Source: Chiloscyllium plagiosum
Taxonomy: Eukaryota
DNA length: 64,000 nucleotides
Assembly: GCF_004010195.1 (NCBI RefSeq)
Contig: NC_057743.1
Location: 20,319,367 to 20,383,366, forward strand
Reading direction: 5' to 3'
Part shown: one piece after another, positions 52,701-62,985 of the stretch
How positions within the stretch are numbered: position 1 is the stretch's first letter
How the letters are laid out: every line of letters starts with the position of its first letter
Position numbers and translations under genes: made by a program
The notes under the pieces: model-generated
Told to the model about the DNA's origin: nothing
What the model saw: the letters and a program-made list of their open reading frames with translations, nothing else
The model's database searches: none

Positions 52701-55700
52701 AAAAAGCACAAGAACTGAACAATTAAAACCCCGTCTTGTCTCCATATTTGATTTATTCTGTGTTGTGTGCATTCAAGGGAAAAAAAAAGTTTTTGTTTTT
52801 AGCATTTGATTTACCATTTACTTTTTTCCACAGGAACACAGAAATTCAAGACAGGAGAAACCTAACACACCTGTGTTAGTGGTAGCTGTTCAACTGAGTT
52901 CTCTCTACTCTGACCCCATTGTTCTTGCCTTTTCCTACATTTTTTTTAATATTCTTCAAATATTTATTCAATAGTCTTTGGAATTCTTTATTGCTCTGTA
53001 TTTCCAGCCAATTTAGGCATCTACTGTCTTATTGTTTCTTTTCTTACGTGCTTTTTCTCAAACTGTTTTTTTATTGGTTTCACTTGCCTTGTGAAAGACA
53101 CTGTATTGCTTGAAAAGTGTGATCAATACAGCACCATAAGAGACCATAGCTGGAGAGAAAGGACAAAAGAAAGCACAAGTGGAATAGACCAGTAATATGA
53201 CCAGAATGATTCTGCAGAGAGGGGATCACCTTTGTACACTATCACAGAGCACTCAGGTCATCTGAAAGACAAATAAGTTGAGTTTGTACTTTTGTAGCAT
53301 CACAGTGGAATGTTTGTTTCTTACAGATTTGAAGGATAAAGGATTCAAGACAGCCGAGGAGGTGGCTAGCATTCCTACTATACTCTTTGATTCTGTTAGC
53401 TTGCAGACTGATGCAACTCCATGTCCAGCAGAAGATGAACCAGATGCAGTATCCAGCTTACCAACTCCCAGTGATATTTTGGTTTCATATTCTACTTTCC
53501 CAGGTACCTTCATCTGCCCCAGTTACTGCCTTTCAAGCAGAGTGATTTGATCCAAAGTGAATGTCAGCACTGTTGCATTTAGATTAGATTAGATTCCCTA
53601 CAGTGTGGAAACAGGCCCTTCAGCCCAACAAGTCCACACCGACCCTCCGAAGAGCAACCCAGCCAGACCCATTCCCCTACATTTACCCCTGACTAATGTA
53701 CCTAACACCACGGGCAATTTAGCATGACCAACTCACCTAACGTGCACATCTTTGGACTGTGGGAGGAAACCAGAGCACCTGGAGGAAACCTGTGCAGACA
53801 CTGGGAGAACATGCAAACTCCACACAGATAGTTGCCTGAGGCAGGAATTGAACCCAGGTCCCTGGAGCTGTGAGGCAGCAATGCTAACCACTGAGCCACC
53901 GTGCCACCCAGCTCAAGCAGATAGTATTAATCAGTTTAGAACATTTTTCTTGATTAATCTCAATTCCCATCTGGTGATTTTCATGCCTATAAAAATTGCG
54001 AATATTATTGCTTGAAAATGAAGTATTTCCATTTCTGGCAGTGCTGGGACCACTGTTGTTCACTATTTACATTTATGGAACTGCTCTTCAAATTGTTTAT
54101 GAAAATATTGAACGGCAGTGGTCCCAGCAAAGATCCCTGTAGAACATCAGTTCCCACCTTCTGCCAATTTGAATAACTTGTATTCCTGCTGGTAATTCTT
54201 AAAGTAAAATGCTCTTTCCTGATCATTAGCAGATAATGTAACTCAAGGGTTGTAAATATATTTAAATCTATTATTTTTCCTTATCTTATTATGCATGTTC
54301 TTTAGTTGCAATACTGTATATTGTATTCATAACATGTATATTATTGAACTTGTTGAGAAATTGTTTGAAATTGTTGAGACTCTGGGGAACAGCAGTGGAT
54401 GTCCTAGCAATGGCTGCATCCAGCCATTGGCCTGTACTGAATCAGTTTTTGATATGCAGTCATGCTTTGAGTTACTCAGTGACAATATTCTGGCCTGTAA
54501 TTAGTTTAACAGAATATTTGGGCTGCATAAACAAATTACTGACTAGATTTTATTTCTCTCATTCTGACAAGCAACAAAGGGTTATTCAGATGTTTACACA
54601 CTTTTTTCTTTAGGGTATGTGTCATGGCGAGATAAAAAGGATGGATCTTGGTACATGAAAACACTGGTGAATATATTCAGTAAATATGCTCATTCAGATG
54701 ATCTACAAACACTTCTAACGAGGGTGAGTTGTTTTATTTTATTCTGAGTATAATACCATTCGTTGAGACTCTGGATTTGATTTCAATACACTAAACCTTG
54801 GCACAGGTTCTGATGATTCCAATATTTTTCTGTCCATCCTACATCCTCCACTCTGCATAAACATGCTCAACCAGAATTCTACACACTACTAAACACACAT
54901 TGAATCCCATTCACCATTAGTCCTGGGCATGTTGACCTTGCTCTCAGTTCAACAATGCCGTAATCTTAAATTCCTCAGCTTTGCCCTTTAAATTCTCTGT
55001 AACTCATTAACACTCAACAATGGAACCCCCCAGGGTTGCATACTCAGCCCCCTACTGTACTCACTGTTTACCCATGACTCTGTCGCCAAATACCAGACTA
55101 ATGCCATTTACAAGTTCGCTGATGACACCACCATAGTCGATGGAATCACACATGGCAACAAAACAGACTACAGACAGGAAGTGGAAGACCTGAAAGAATG
55201 GTACACTGAGAACAACCTAGCTCTCAATGCCAGCAAAACCAAGGAACTCATTATTGACTTTTGGCGGGATGTTACTAATGCCCCCCCTAAACATTAACAG
55301 CACAGAGTGGAGAGTGTCAAGCTCCTGGGAATGGTCATCCACAACAAGCTTTCTTGGACGCACTGGTAACAAAGGCCCAACAATGTCTCTTCTTCCTCAG
55401 GCAGCTGAAAAAATGTAGCATGACAGTGAATACCCTTGCCAAATTTTATAGGTGCACCATCAAGAGCATTCTGTCTGCATGTATCACTAACTGGTATGCC
55501 AATTGTACCATTTAAGATCGGAGACGGTTACAGACAGTGGTGAGCTCTGCCCAGACAATCACAAAGACCAACCTCCCATCTATAGAATCCATCTACCAGG
55601 CCTGCTGTCAAGGAAAGGCTGCCAGCATTCTCAAAGATCCATCCCATCCTGGCAATATTTTTCTACAATCTCTACCATGGGGGAGGAGGTACAGAAGCCT

Positions 55701-57393
55701 GAACACATGCACCAGCTGGATTTGAAACAGTTTCTACCCTACTGTTGTTAGAATACTGAATGCACTCTCAAATTCTTGGCATTCGCCTGTACCTGTATTT
55801 TTGTTTTTGCCGCTGTTTATCTATTATTTACTTATCTCTGCTATTTAACAATGTGATCTGCCTAATTGCTCGCAAGACAAAGCTTTTCACTGTGATTCAG
55901 TACACATGACAATAAATTCAATTCAATTAAATTTAATTCAATTAACTGCTTCCAATACTTGAGTATCTTTGCATTACTGCAGTTGTGGCATTTTGCACAT
56001 TCCATATTTTATCTAAATTTCATATTCCTTCAGCTGCTGTGCTTCTAGTTGCTTTGGCCCTAAGCCTGGGAATTCCCTTCCTAAATCCCTATGTTTCTCT
56101 GTCCCTTTTTCCTCTTTTGTAATGCTTCTTAAAATCTATCCTAATGATCAAATCCCTCCCGGCATCTCCTTCCTTAGGTCAATGTCAAAAATGGTTTTGT
56201 TGATACTGCTGTTATTTAAGTATCTTGGGATGTTTTTATTGTATTTTGATCCATCTAAAAGTTTCACATATATCTATCACAAGTTATAACATCCCAGTCC
56301 TATGTCAGACCTTTACTAATGGAATGAGATTTTTAAAGTTTTTTTTTTCTCCTGAGCAAAACAACAATTTGTAAAGGGGTGTAATGCTGGAAGTCTGTAA
56401 ACAATTGAAATCTGGGCAGCTGTATCTGAATTAGTGAGTGTACATTCTCACAGATGTACTTAGTTTGTTGTTATCAATGTATTATCAGAAGCAGTTGTTC
56501 TTAGTTGTTCTTAGTACATCTTATTCTAAAGAAATACTTTATACCTTTAAATGCTCCCATCACTACCACTACACATGATAGACTACAATGCTGGTTGATA
56601 TAGTCAACTAATTTGACCTCTCAAAATGAGCTAAATTTGGCTCATTTGAAATGAGCCAGTTATTTTCATGGCTGTAATGAACACAGTATAGACATTAGAT
56701 AAGTTTTTCTGAAACTTTATCAGCAACATTTGAAATATACATAGTACTCGGAACATCAACCGAACAGGTTGAATAGAATGATTTTTTTGTAACATTTTCT
56801 TATTCTTTTTCTGAAGATACTGATCCAAATTTGGTTTGGAGGCACTGGGCACCCTCCTTGATTGGCCATTTCTCATTTAAGATGCTGTGTTAGTGAATGT
56901 TATCAAGGTCTTTTCCCTCACAGTCAAGCCTAATTATGTATTTATAAATGCATTCCAAGCACAAGTCAATAAAAGCAGTTCAGAAGAGAGGGCTTGGACC
57001 AGTTCATCCTATATTAATCCAGCTGAATTGTAAGGGTGTAACCACCAGCAGGGTTGAAATCAGGGAAATCAGGGATCAATTCTGATGTATTCAGCCAGCC
57101 TTGAGCTGTGGAAATATATTTTGGATTTTTACAAAGTTTTTTTTTACAATTTCTTTTCCATATGGCATGATGGTGAATAACCTTGCCAAATTTTATAGGT
57201 GCAAGCAGTTGGGCCTGTGCATCATTATGTGGTTTAATTGTGAGAAATTTGGAACGTTTCAGATGTATCTATTTTTCAGGTGACAAGAAGCATTTCAGAA
57301 AATGAGGAAGCTAAAGGTGTGTACAAGCAGATTCCTGGTTCCTTCAACTTCCTTCGCAAACAGTTTTACTTTTATAACAAGGAGAAGCAGTGA
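34601..57393 (+). CDS. CASP9: Caspase-9, complete 9-exon CDS (1251 nt, 416 aa with the longest exon 3)
   Basis: N-terminal CARD ([14 protein letters not shown]), catalytic SHG and the caspase-9-type QACGG, linker TD/ATP, WRD and FNFLRK motifs; exons of 132,241,59,177,90,151,177,110,114 nt with the mammalian CASP9 phase pattern. Confidence 0.96.
35934..37274 (+). mobile_element. 5'-truncated PLE (RT C-half plus GIY-YIG) with inverted pLTR, in CASP9 intron 1
   Basis: Inverted pLTR about 35934-36148; [36 protein letters not shown]; in-frame stops; 14-bp TSD ATTATTTTGGAAAA at 35920-35933 and 37275-37288. Confidence 0.92.
36004..36043 (-). ncRNA. Minimal hammerhead ribozyme motif (intact core)
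   Basis: Reverse complement: GCA-CTGAGGA-T-GTCACCT-AGGC-AGGGGAC-GAAA-CG-TT-TGC. Confidence 0.75.
37417..37657 (+). CDS. CASP9: CASP9 exon 2 (CARD plus linker)
   Basis: [45 protein letters not shown]...HPVQ; acceptor tttag, donor T|GTATGT, phase 1. Confidence 0.88.
37960..39280 (-). mobile_element. Highly decayed L2-like LINE fragments in CASP9 intron 2
   Basis: Purine-rich + strand with remnants such as GTGGACAAGTCAAGAG (LDLSTA on -); similar to about 20830-21220. Confidence 0.45.
39496..39554 (+). CDS. CASP9: CASP9 exon 3 (short linker exon)
   Basis: Candidate with the required phase 1 to 0: ttcag|GTTCAGAC...GATATG|GTGAGT, (C)[19 protein letters not shown]. The exact acceptor is uncertain (39496, 39502 or 39514, all in frame). 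Confidence 0.7.
40360..42976 (-). mobile_element. PLE with a long decayed ORF on - (about 40394-42225) and an inverted GIY-YIG/pLTR arm on + (about 42226-42976)
   Basis: [36 protein letters not shown]; 14-bp TSD AAAG(C/T)ATATTTCTG at 40346-40359 and 42977-42990; nested pLTR of another family at about 42485-42600; 20-bp tandem duplication at 41032-41071. Confidence 0.92.
42899..42938 (+). ncRNA. Minimal type I hammerhead ribozyme motif (intact)
   Basis: CCA-CTGATGA-T-GTTACCT-GGCC-AGGTAAT-GAAA-CG-TC-TGG: full core, stem II, palindromic ACGT stem III, GUC triplet, stem I CCA/TGG. Confidence 0.8.
45025..46360. mobile_element. Nested old CR1 fragments (+ host, - insert at about 45165-45820)
   Basis: CR1 3' ends on both strands (GCCATGATCTCATT..GGCCTACTTCTGCTCC on +; ATGATGGCTGATC and GAATTCCACAGG on -). 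Confidence 0.7.
46752..46783 (+). ncRNA. Hammerhead core at the 5' edge of a truncated PLE pLTR (about 46751-46873)
   Basis: CTGATGA-A-GGAGC-GGT-GCTCC-GAAA-GC-TA-GTG; palindromic AGCT stem III; the 5' strand of stem I is largely missing. Confidence 0.65.
47131..47390 (+). mobile_element. Short PLE pLTR insertion with inverted arms and two decayed hammerheads
   Basis: Arms about 47131-47199 and 47279-47347; 13-bp TSD CATATCAACACAT / CATATTGACACAT at 47118-47130 and 47391-47403. Confidence 0.8.
47717..47893 (+). CDS. CASP9: CASP9 exon 4
   Basis: [59 protein letters not shown]; 177 nt; donor GTAAGT. Confidence 0.95.
48730..48965 (+). mobile_element. Short solo LTR-like element just upstream of CASP9 exon 5
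   Basis: Starts TGTAGTGA; CCAAT near 48804, TATA-like GATAAGAA, AATAAA at 48914-48919; no clear TSD. Confidence 0.6.
49035..49124 (+). CDS. CASP9: CASP9 exon 5 (catalytic His)
   Basis: [30 protein letters not shown]; 90 nt; donor GTGAGT. Confidence 0.95.
50865..51015 (+). CDS. CASP9: CASP9 exon 6 (catalytic Cys)
   Basis: [50 protein letters not shown]; 151 nt; donor G|GTAGGT. Confidence 0.96.
51050..51250 (+). mobile_element. Degenerate 5'-truncated HE1-type SINE
   Basis: AAAGATGTG..GTTAG..TGCTAAA..GGCCTGTTTCCA..CTGT shared with the other copies. Confidence 0.7.
51900..52490 (+). mobile_element. Old CR1/L2-group LINE 3' fragment (related at about 21290-21810 + and 27050-27540 -)
   Basis: Shared blocks GATGAAATATTCTCC..GGATGAATGCAGCTCC, ACCATCTACAA, TTCAAGAAGGC. 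Confidence 0.55.
53327..53503 (+). CDS. CASP9: CASP9 exon 7 (intersubunit linker)
   Basis: [59 protein letters not shown]; 177 nt; AG/GT flanks. Confidence 0.95.
53579..53909 (-). mobile_element. Full-length HE1-type V-SINE, antisense in CASP9 intron 7
   Basis: Reverse complement of the 11068 and 30856 copies; (TTAGA)n tail at the left. Confidence 0.9.
54614..54723 (+). CDS. CASP9: CASP9 exon 8
   Basis: [37 protein letters not shown]; 110 nt; donor GTGAGT. Confidence 0.95.
55003..55943 (+). mobile_element. Rex1/Babar-like LINE 3' fragment in CASP9 intron 8
   Basis: [44 protein letters not shown]; tail AATAAA(TTCAA)n. Confidence 0.8.
57280..57393 (+). CDS. CASP9: CASP9 exon 9 (stop)
   Basis: [37 protein letters not shown]; acceptor tttttcag; TGA at 57391-57393. 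Confidence 0.94.
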   Translation: MTRSISENEEAKGVYKQIPGSFNFLRKQFYFYNKEKQ

Positions 57394-58478
57394 CTTTTTT
57401 GGATTATAAACAAGTGAATTCACTTTGAAAATTCTCAACTATCTCAGTGCCCTGGTTTGAAAAGGAATTAATTATCACTGAGTGCTGATCAATCGCTGTC
57501 ATTCTAGTTGTATATTTGTATTACAGCTAATAGAATTTGTATCAGATTTGTGTAATGCAAGAAAAGGATTAGAAATTAATATCAAACATTCAATGATTGA
57601 TTTATGTGTGGATGACATTGCACAATTGAGGTACTAACCAGCATTGACAAAATCTGTTCTTTGTGCTAACGTACATACAATGTAAAACTTTGCTTTGGAT
57701 CAAATCACTCTGCTTGAAAGAATATTTAAATTATCTTCGAGACATCTTAATTGTTATTTTGGGGAGTGACAGAAAGCAAGATAGGTTTCAACATCTAAAA
57801 GTTACTTGTATCGATGAGAGAACAGTTGAATTCACATAAACAAATATTTCTGCTTCAAAACATCTGGGACAACTTAAGACCGTGGCATGAGGCTATGGTT
57901 TTTGATAAATTTTGCCCTATTCTAATCCTGTTGGATAATGAATGAAGAGAATTGCATTTAATTAGCACCTTTTGTCTACTATGTCCCATTCAAGATTTGG
58001 GAATTGTACAGAAACCATTTAGATGTGTCTGAGTTAGCTGATCGTAGCTAGAGTAGCAGGGTGCTACTTTTGGAATTAGCCTGAGGAGCGAACGTAGGAA
58101 CTCTGTATTTATGTTCCCATCTCTGATTTCTAATGATGGTTCTTACTCGGAAGTTGAATGACGACATGATTGGGCTATTTGTGATGCCTTTCATGTTTGA
58201 CTAGCTTGCTGTCTACATTAGTCATTAAATAAGTCAGCTGGACAAGTTAACAGAATGTGATTGGCACCTAAGAAACTGTCCTAAGGAACTGTAGTCAATA
58301 TAGAGTTAGTGCCCTCAGGAGGGGGAGAGAAAGGCACAATGCCAAAGTAAATCACTGTTGGTAACAATTGTCTGATATTTTAATCCCAGGCTTGTAAAAT
58401 ATTTAGTATTTCATAGCCTGAAAAGTTTGTTATTACATTATCGCAAATGCAATCATGAATGGTGTATTTTTATTTCAA

Positions 58479-58484
58479 AATAAA
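58479..58484 (+). terminator. Candidate CASP9 polyadenylation signal
   Basis: AATAAA about 1.1 kb after the stop, with U-rich upstream and GU-rich downstream sequence. Confidence 0.5.
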
Positions 58485-58889
58485 AATATGTCTTGAAGAT
58501 TTATGCAATAATGTTGCAATTCATTGACCTCTCACAAGCACAGTTTATATGTTTGTTTGAAATCTTTTATGGTTCCTTCACCTATATAGTAAATACTGAC
58601 CCTGTAGCTCAGGCCTCATGGCAACATCTTTTTGCCTCGTGATGTATCTGTCGTACAACAGCACATAACTGGAAATATTATTGTTTAAAATAGATTTTAC
58701 TTATAAATTTCACTTGTACCCCTCTAGATTCGATCATTGCATTCAGCACACATACTCAATGACACTGATTCATTTGCTGAAAGGTTATCCTAGCTACAAG
58801 AATATTGCAGCATGAGCTCTTTGGAAACAGAGACAGTGAAGTTCGTAATTTTATTAATTATTGAGAAGCTGTTGTGGGAGTACACAACA

Positions 58890-59762
58890 GGAGTTAGAGT
58901 TATATCGCACGGAAACAGACACAGGCAATCTGTGTGATTGACTGGTTGGGATTTTTTGGGAGAGAGTAGTTATGACCTTCATGTTTTGCCAAGCATCTCA
59001 GCTGGGCCCGCAGGGGCAGACCTGACCTCCCAGTTACCACTCATTTTAATTCCCCTTTCCATTCACTTTCCAACCTTACCACTGTTTGCCACCTCCATTG
59101 CCACAGTGATCAGACCGCAAATTATATAAATAAATCTACTGGCATTTGGCTCATATTCCTCTAAACCTTTCCTATTCATATACCCACCCAGATGCCTTTT
59201 AAATGTTGTACCAGCCTCCACCATTTCCTCCGTCAACCCATTCCATATATGCACCACCCTCTGTGAAAAAGATGCCCCCTTAGTCCCTTTCAAATCTTTC
59301 CCCTCTCACCTTAAACCTATGCCCTCTAGTTTTGGACTCCCCCACCCCAGGAAAAAGACCCTATCCATGCCCCTCATAATTTTATAAACTTCTATAAGGT
59401 TAGCTCTCAGCCTCCAATGCTCCAGGGAAAATAGTTTCAACCTCTCCCTATAGCTCAAACCCTCCAAACTTGGCAACATTCTTGTAAAACTTTTCTGAAC
59501 CCTTGCAAGTTTCACAACATCCTTCCTATAGTGGGAAGATCAGAACTAAATGCAGTATTCCAAAAGTGGCCTAACCAATTTCCTGTAGAACCACAACATA
59601 ATCTCCCTGCCCCCCCCCCCCCCCCCCCCATACTTAATGCAATAAAGGCAAGCATACCAAATGCCTTCTTCACTATCCTATCTACCTGCGATTCCACTTT
59701 CAAGAAATTATGAACCTGCCCTCTTTGTTCAGGAACACTCCCTAGGAACTTATCATTAAATA
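58890..59762 (-). mobile_element. CR1 3' fragment with a foreign insert in its tail
   Basis: [43 protein letters not shown]; tail end at about 58890-58920. Confidence 0.85.
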
Positions 59763-60039
59763 ATGCTGAGAGAAATTCTACTTAGAGGGAGAACTTGAGT
59801 TTTGGTCTTCGTAGAATCAATCCCCATCCTAAGCCAGAAATCTGTGGCTTCAAGTCACACCTCGTCAGTTGATGATGTTGAATATAAAGACATCAGGGGC
59901 ATAGGGATACAGCAGGAAATATTTTGAAAGTGGAATTAAGCAATCTGTATGATTGACTGGTTAGGAATTTTTGGGAGAGAGTAGTTATGACCTTCATGTT
60001 TTGCCAAGCATCTCAGCTGGGCCCGCAGGGGCCTTCATG

Positions 60040-60526
60040 TTTTGCCAAGCATCTCAGCTGGGCCCGCAGGGGCAGACCTGACCTCCCAGTTACCACTCAT
60101 TTTAATTCCCCTTCCCATTCACTTTCCAACCTGACCACTTTTTGCCACCTCCATTGCCACAGTGATCAGACCGCAAATTATAGGAACAACACCTCATCTT
60201 CCGCCTGGGCAGCCTACAGCCTGAAGGACTGAGCACTGAGTTCTCCAATTTCAAATAACCTCTCTTTCCATCCCCTGACTCCCTTTTCAGCCTCTCTCTT
60301 CCATTCCTCTGATCAACCCTTCCAGCTATCAACAGATTAATTCCTCCCATCGACTAACCAGGTCATATCCTCTACCTGTGTTCACCTATCCCTCCCTCAC
60401 CCCCACCCCAGCCATCTCCAGCTCCCCTTAACCACCACCAGTCCCGAAGAAGGGTTACACCTGAAATGTTGTCTTCTCTACCTCCTAGCTTGCTGTGTTC
60501 TCTTAGCCTACTGCTTGTCTACCTTG
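60040..60526 (+). mobile_element. PLE 3' fragment (GIY-YIG C-terminus plus pLTR with variant hammerhead at 60441-60473)
   Basis: LPVTTHFNSPSHS..EQHLIFRLGSLQPEGL; CCGAAGA-AGGGT-TAC-ACCT-GAAA-TGTT. Confidence 0.75.
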
Positions 60527-62492
60527 ACCTTGACTGAGGCAAAGGTTGAATAAGTAAGAAGGTATTTTTATCCCTGTCATGCATTGTTCTTTCTCAGCAG
60601 ATTTTTTTTCCATTCTTTCATGGGATGTGAGCATCGCTGATAGTGCCAGTATTTGCTACTCATCTCTGATTGCTCTCAAAAAGATGTTGGTGCACCTTTT
60701 AAAAATCCATTTTTAATAGCTACACTCCATCTGAACTGCATGCACTACATGGTGAACATTGCTTTTGGGGCCTGGTTGATGCCAGGTGTTCCATCCAATT
60801 ATATTCTTATTTAACGTTTTTGCAATGGATTACAAATGAGTGGCTTTCTGCAGTGAAGAGTCAACCAAATTGCTATGGATCTGGAATCACACAAGACCTG
60901 GTAAAGGTGTCAGATTTGAAAGTGGAAATTGCCGGAGAAGCTCAGCAGTTTTGGCAGCATCTGTGGAGAGAAAGCAGAATTAACATTTCTGGTCCAGTGA
61001 CCCTTTTTCAGGGGCTAACCCTGAAGTTTCTCTTCACAGATGTTGCCAGACATGCTGAGTTTCTCCAGCAATTTCTGTTTTTCTTTCAGATTTCCAGCAT
61101 CCACATTTTTTTTTGTTTTATTTTAAAGATGACAGATTTCCTTCCTTCAAGGATGATAGCAAACCAGATGGGTTTTTATGATAGTTTTATGATCAATATT
61201 ACTGAGACTAGCTTTTAATTCTAGAATTATTTATTAAATTTAAATGCTGTCTGCAATCATGGAGGGATCTTACCCCATTGTGTTCCCTACTAGCTTGAGT
61301 CTCTAGATTACTAGTTCAGTAACATTTTCACTCTTACTGTCCTGTTCCAGAGGCCAGTCTGATTGACAGATCAGGTGACCCCTCTACATGGAGAACACAT
61401 CAAAGGAGGCTACAGCACAGGAACAGCAAGGGAACCTGCGCATTGGATATGGATAACATCACAGTGGGAAGTTGGGATAATATGTGTCAATGGAGCAGAA
61501 ATGAAGGAGCAGGTCAGCAATCCTGGGATATGGTGGGAGCTGAAATTAAGAAGGGGACAGGGATACATAATCTGAAAAAAGGGAAGCTGTTTTGCTTTGT
61601 GGACATAAGAGAAGCATCTTTGCTCATATTCAACTTCAAATGTTTCTGGAAAGGCAGGAAAACTGGACTAAACCTAGAAAACAGTTCATTTGTGAGACAA
61701 GCAACCTTATTTTGTCCTGAAAGTGAGCTGATTGTCCAATCCAATTCCCTGCATGTTGCCCTGGGAGAAATGAAAATCGATATGTTTGAAGTGGATTGAG
61801 TTCAGATTTGGCACTTTAAAAAATCCTCTGTGTTCAGAGGGTTAAAAATCTCCATATTGTGTCAGGCAGGATTTGAGCTTGGGGCCTCAAAGCTGATTGA
61901 TTCTAATGTTGAGTTACAGGAAGTTGCTGTTTACCCAGAACTAAATACAGGTATTGAACAAAAGTTTGACAGTGCAGAGGCTGTTGGTTTGAGACAAAGG
62001 ATGGAGAGATAGAGTCATTAATGTGTAGGAACTGACTTTGAAACTTTGGATACTCTCGTATTGAGTACAGTTATAAAAACTAAAAGACCCTGTATATTTT
62101 TAATGTAACTATCTTGCCTCCTAATCCCAAAACAGCTACAATTTCCTTCATTTTTGAACTGAGAGAAATGTGTGTCAGGGAACACTGACTAAAAATCAAG
62201 GCTATCTTAGCCTCCCCTGCTGCGAAACCAATGTATTCTTAAAACAGAATATGCTGGTTTCACATGATGGTATGCTGATAGTCAGCATTTTCTGGGAGAT
62301 GTAAGTTCAAGAAACAGAATTCCTATCTTGTAAATGCAGACATTGGAATCGTTTCCAAAAAGACCTAGATAGCATTTGCACTGAGGATAGAGGGAAAATG
62401 GATCATAATGGAGGAGGGCTAAAGGGAATAGTGTAGGAGCTGAGTGGGATAAGCTGGGAACATTTGTTAGAATTGGGAATGGAAGAAGATTA

Positions 62493-62949
62493 GGAGAAAG
62501 TGAGGACTGCAGATGCTGGAGACCAGAGTTGAAAAGTGTGGTGCTGGAAAAGTGCAGCAGGCCAGGCACCATCCGAGGAGCAGGAGAATTGACGTTTCGG
62601 GCATAAGCCCTTCTTCAGGAATGAGGCTGGTGTGCCAAGCAGGCTGAGATAAAAGGTAAGGGGCGTGGAATGCGATAGGTGGAAGGAGGTGAGGGTGAGG
62701 GTGATAGGCCGGAGAGGGGGTGGGGGGGTGGAGAGGTCGGGAAGAAGATTGCAGGTCAAGAGGGTGGTGCTGAATCCGGGGATTGGGACTGAGATAAGCT
62801 GGGGCGTGGGGAAATGAGGAGAGGGAGGAGGAGAGCTTCTTCAAGGTAGGCATTCTTGCAAGACGATTCGCAGTAGGTTAAGATCAACTAGGAGAAAGTG
62901 AGGTCTGCAGATGCTGGAGACCAGAGTTGAAAAGTGTGGTGCTGGAAAA
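62493..62949 (-). mobile_element. Non-autonomous PLE derivative: 398-nt unit plus partial tandem repeat
   Basis: About 60-nt direct repeat at 62491 and 62889; 12-bp TSD GGAAGAAGATTA at 62481-62492 and 62950-62961; hammerhead at 62587-62622. Confidence 0.85.
62587..62622 (-). ncRNA. Minimal hammerhead ribozyme motif
   Basis: Reverse complement: ATTC-CTGAAGA-A-GGGC-TTAT-GCCC-GAAA-CG-TC-AATT; core intact, stem I weak. Confidence 0.65.
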
Positions 62950-62985
62950 GGAAGAAGATTACCAATATTAACCATAGTGGGGCAG

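Noticed and set aside
59610-59629. Poly-C/poly-G runs (also about 8348-8362 and 39264-39276)
   Set aside because: Homopolymer expansions inside decayed LINEs; no evidence for function.
61350-62450. Short ORFs downstream of CASP9, checked as a possible neighbouring gene such as an elastase
   Set aside because: No recognisable protein motif or consistent exon structure.
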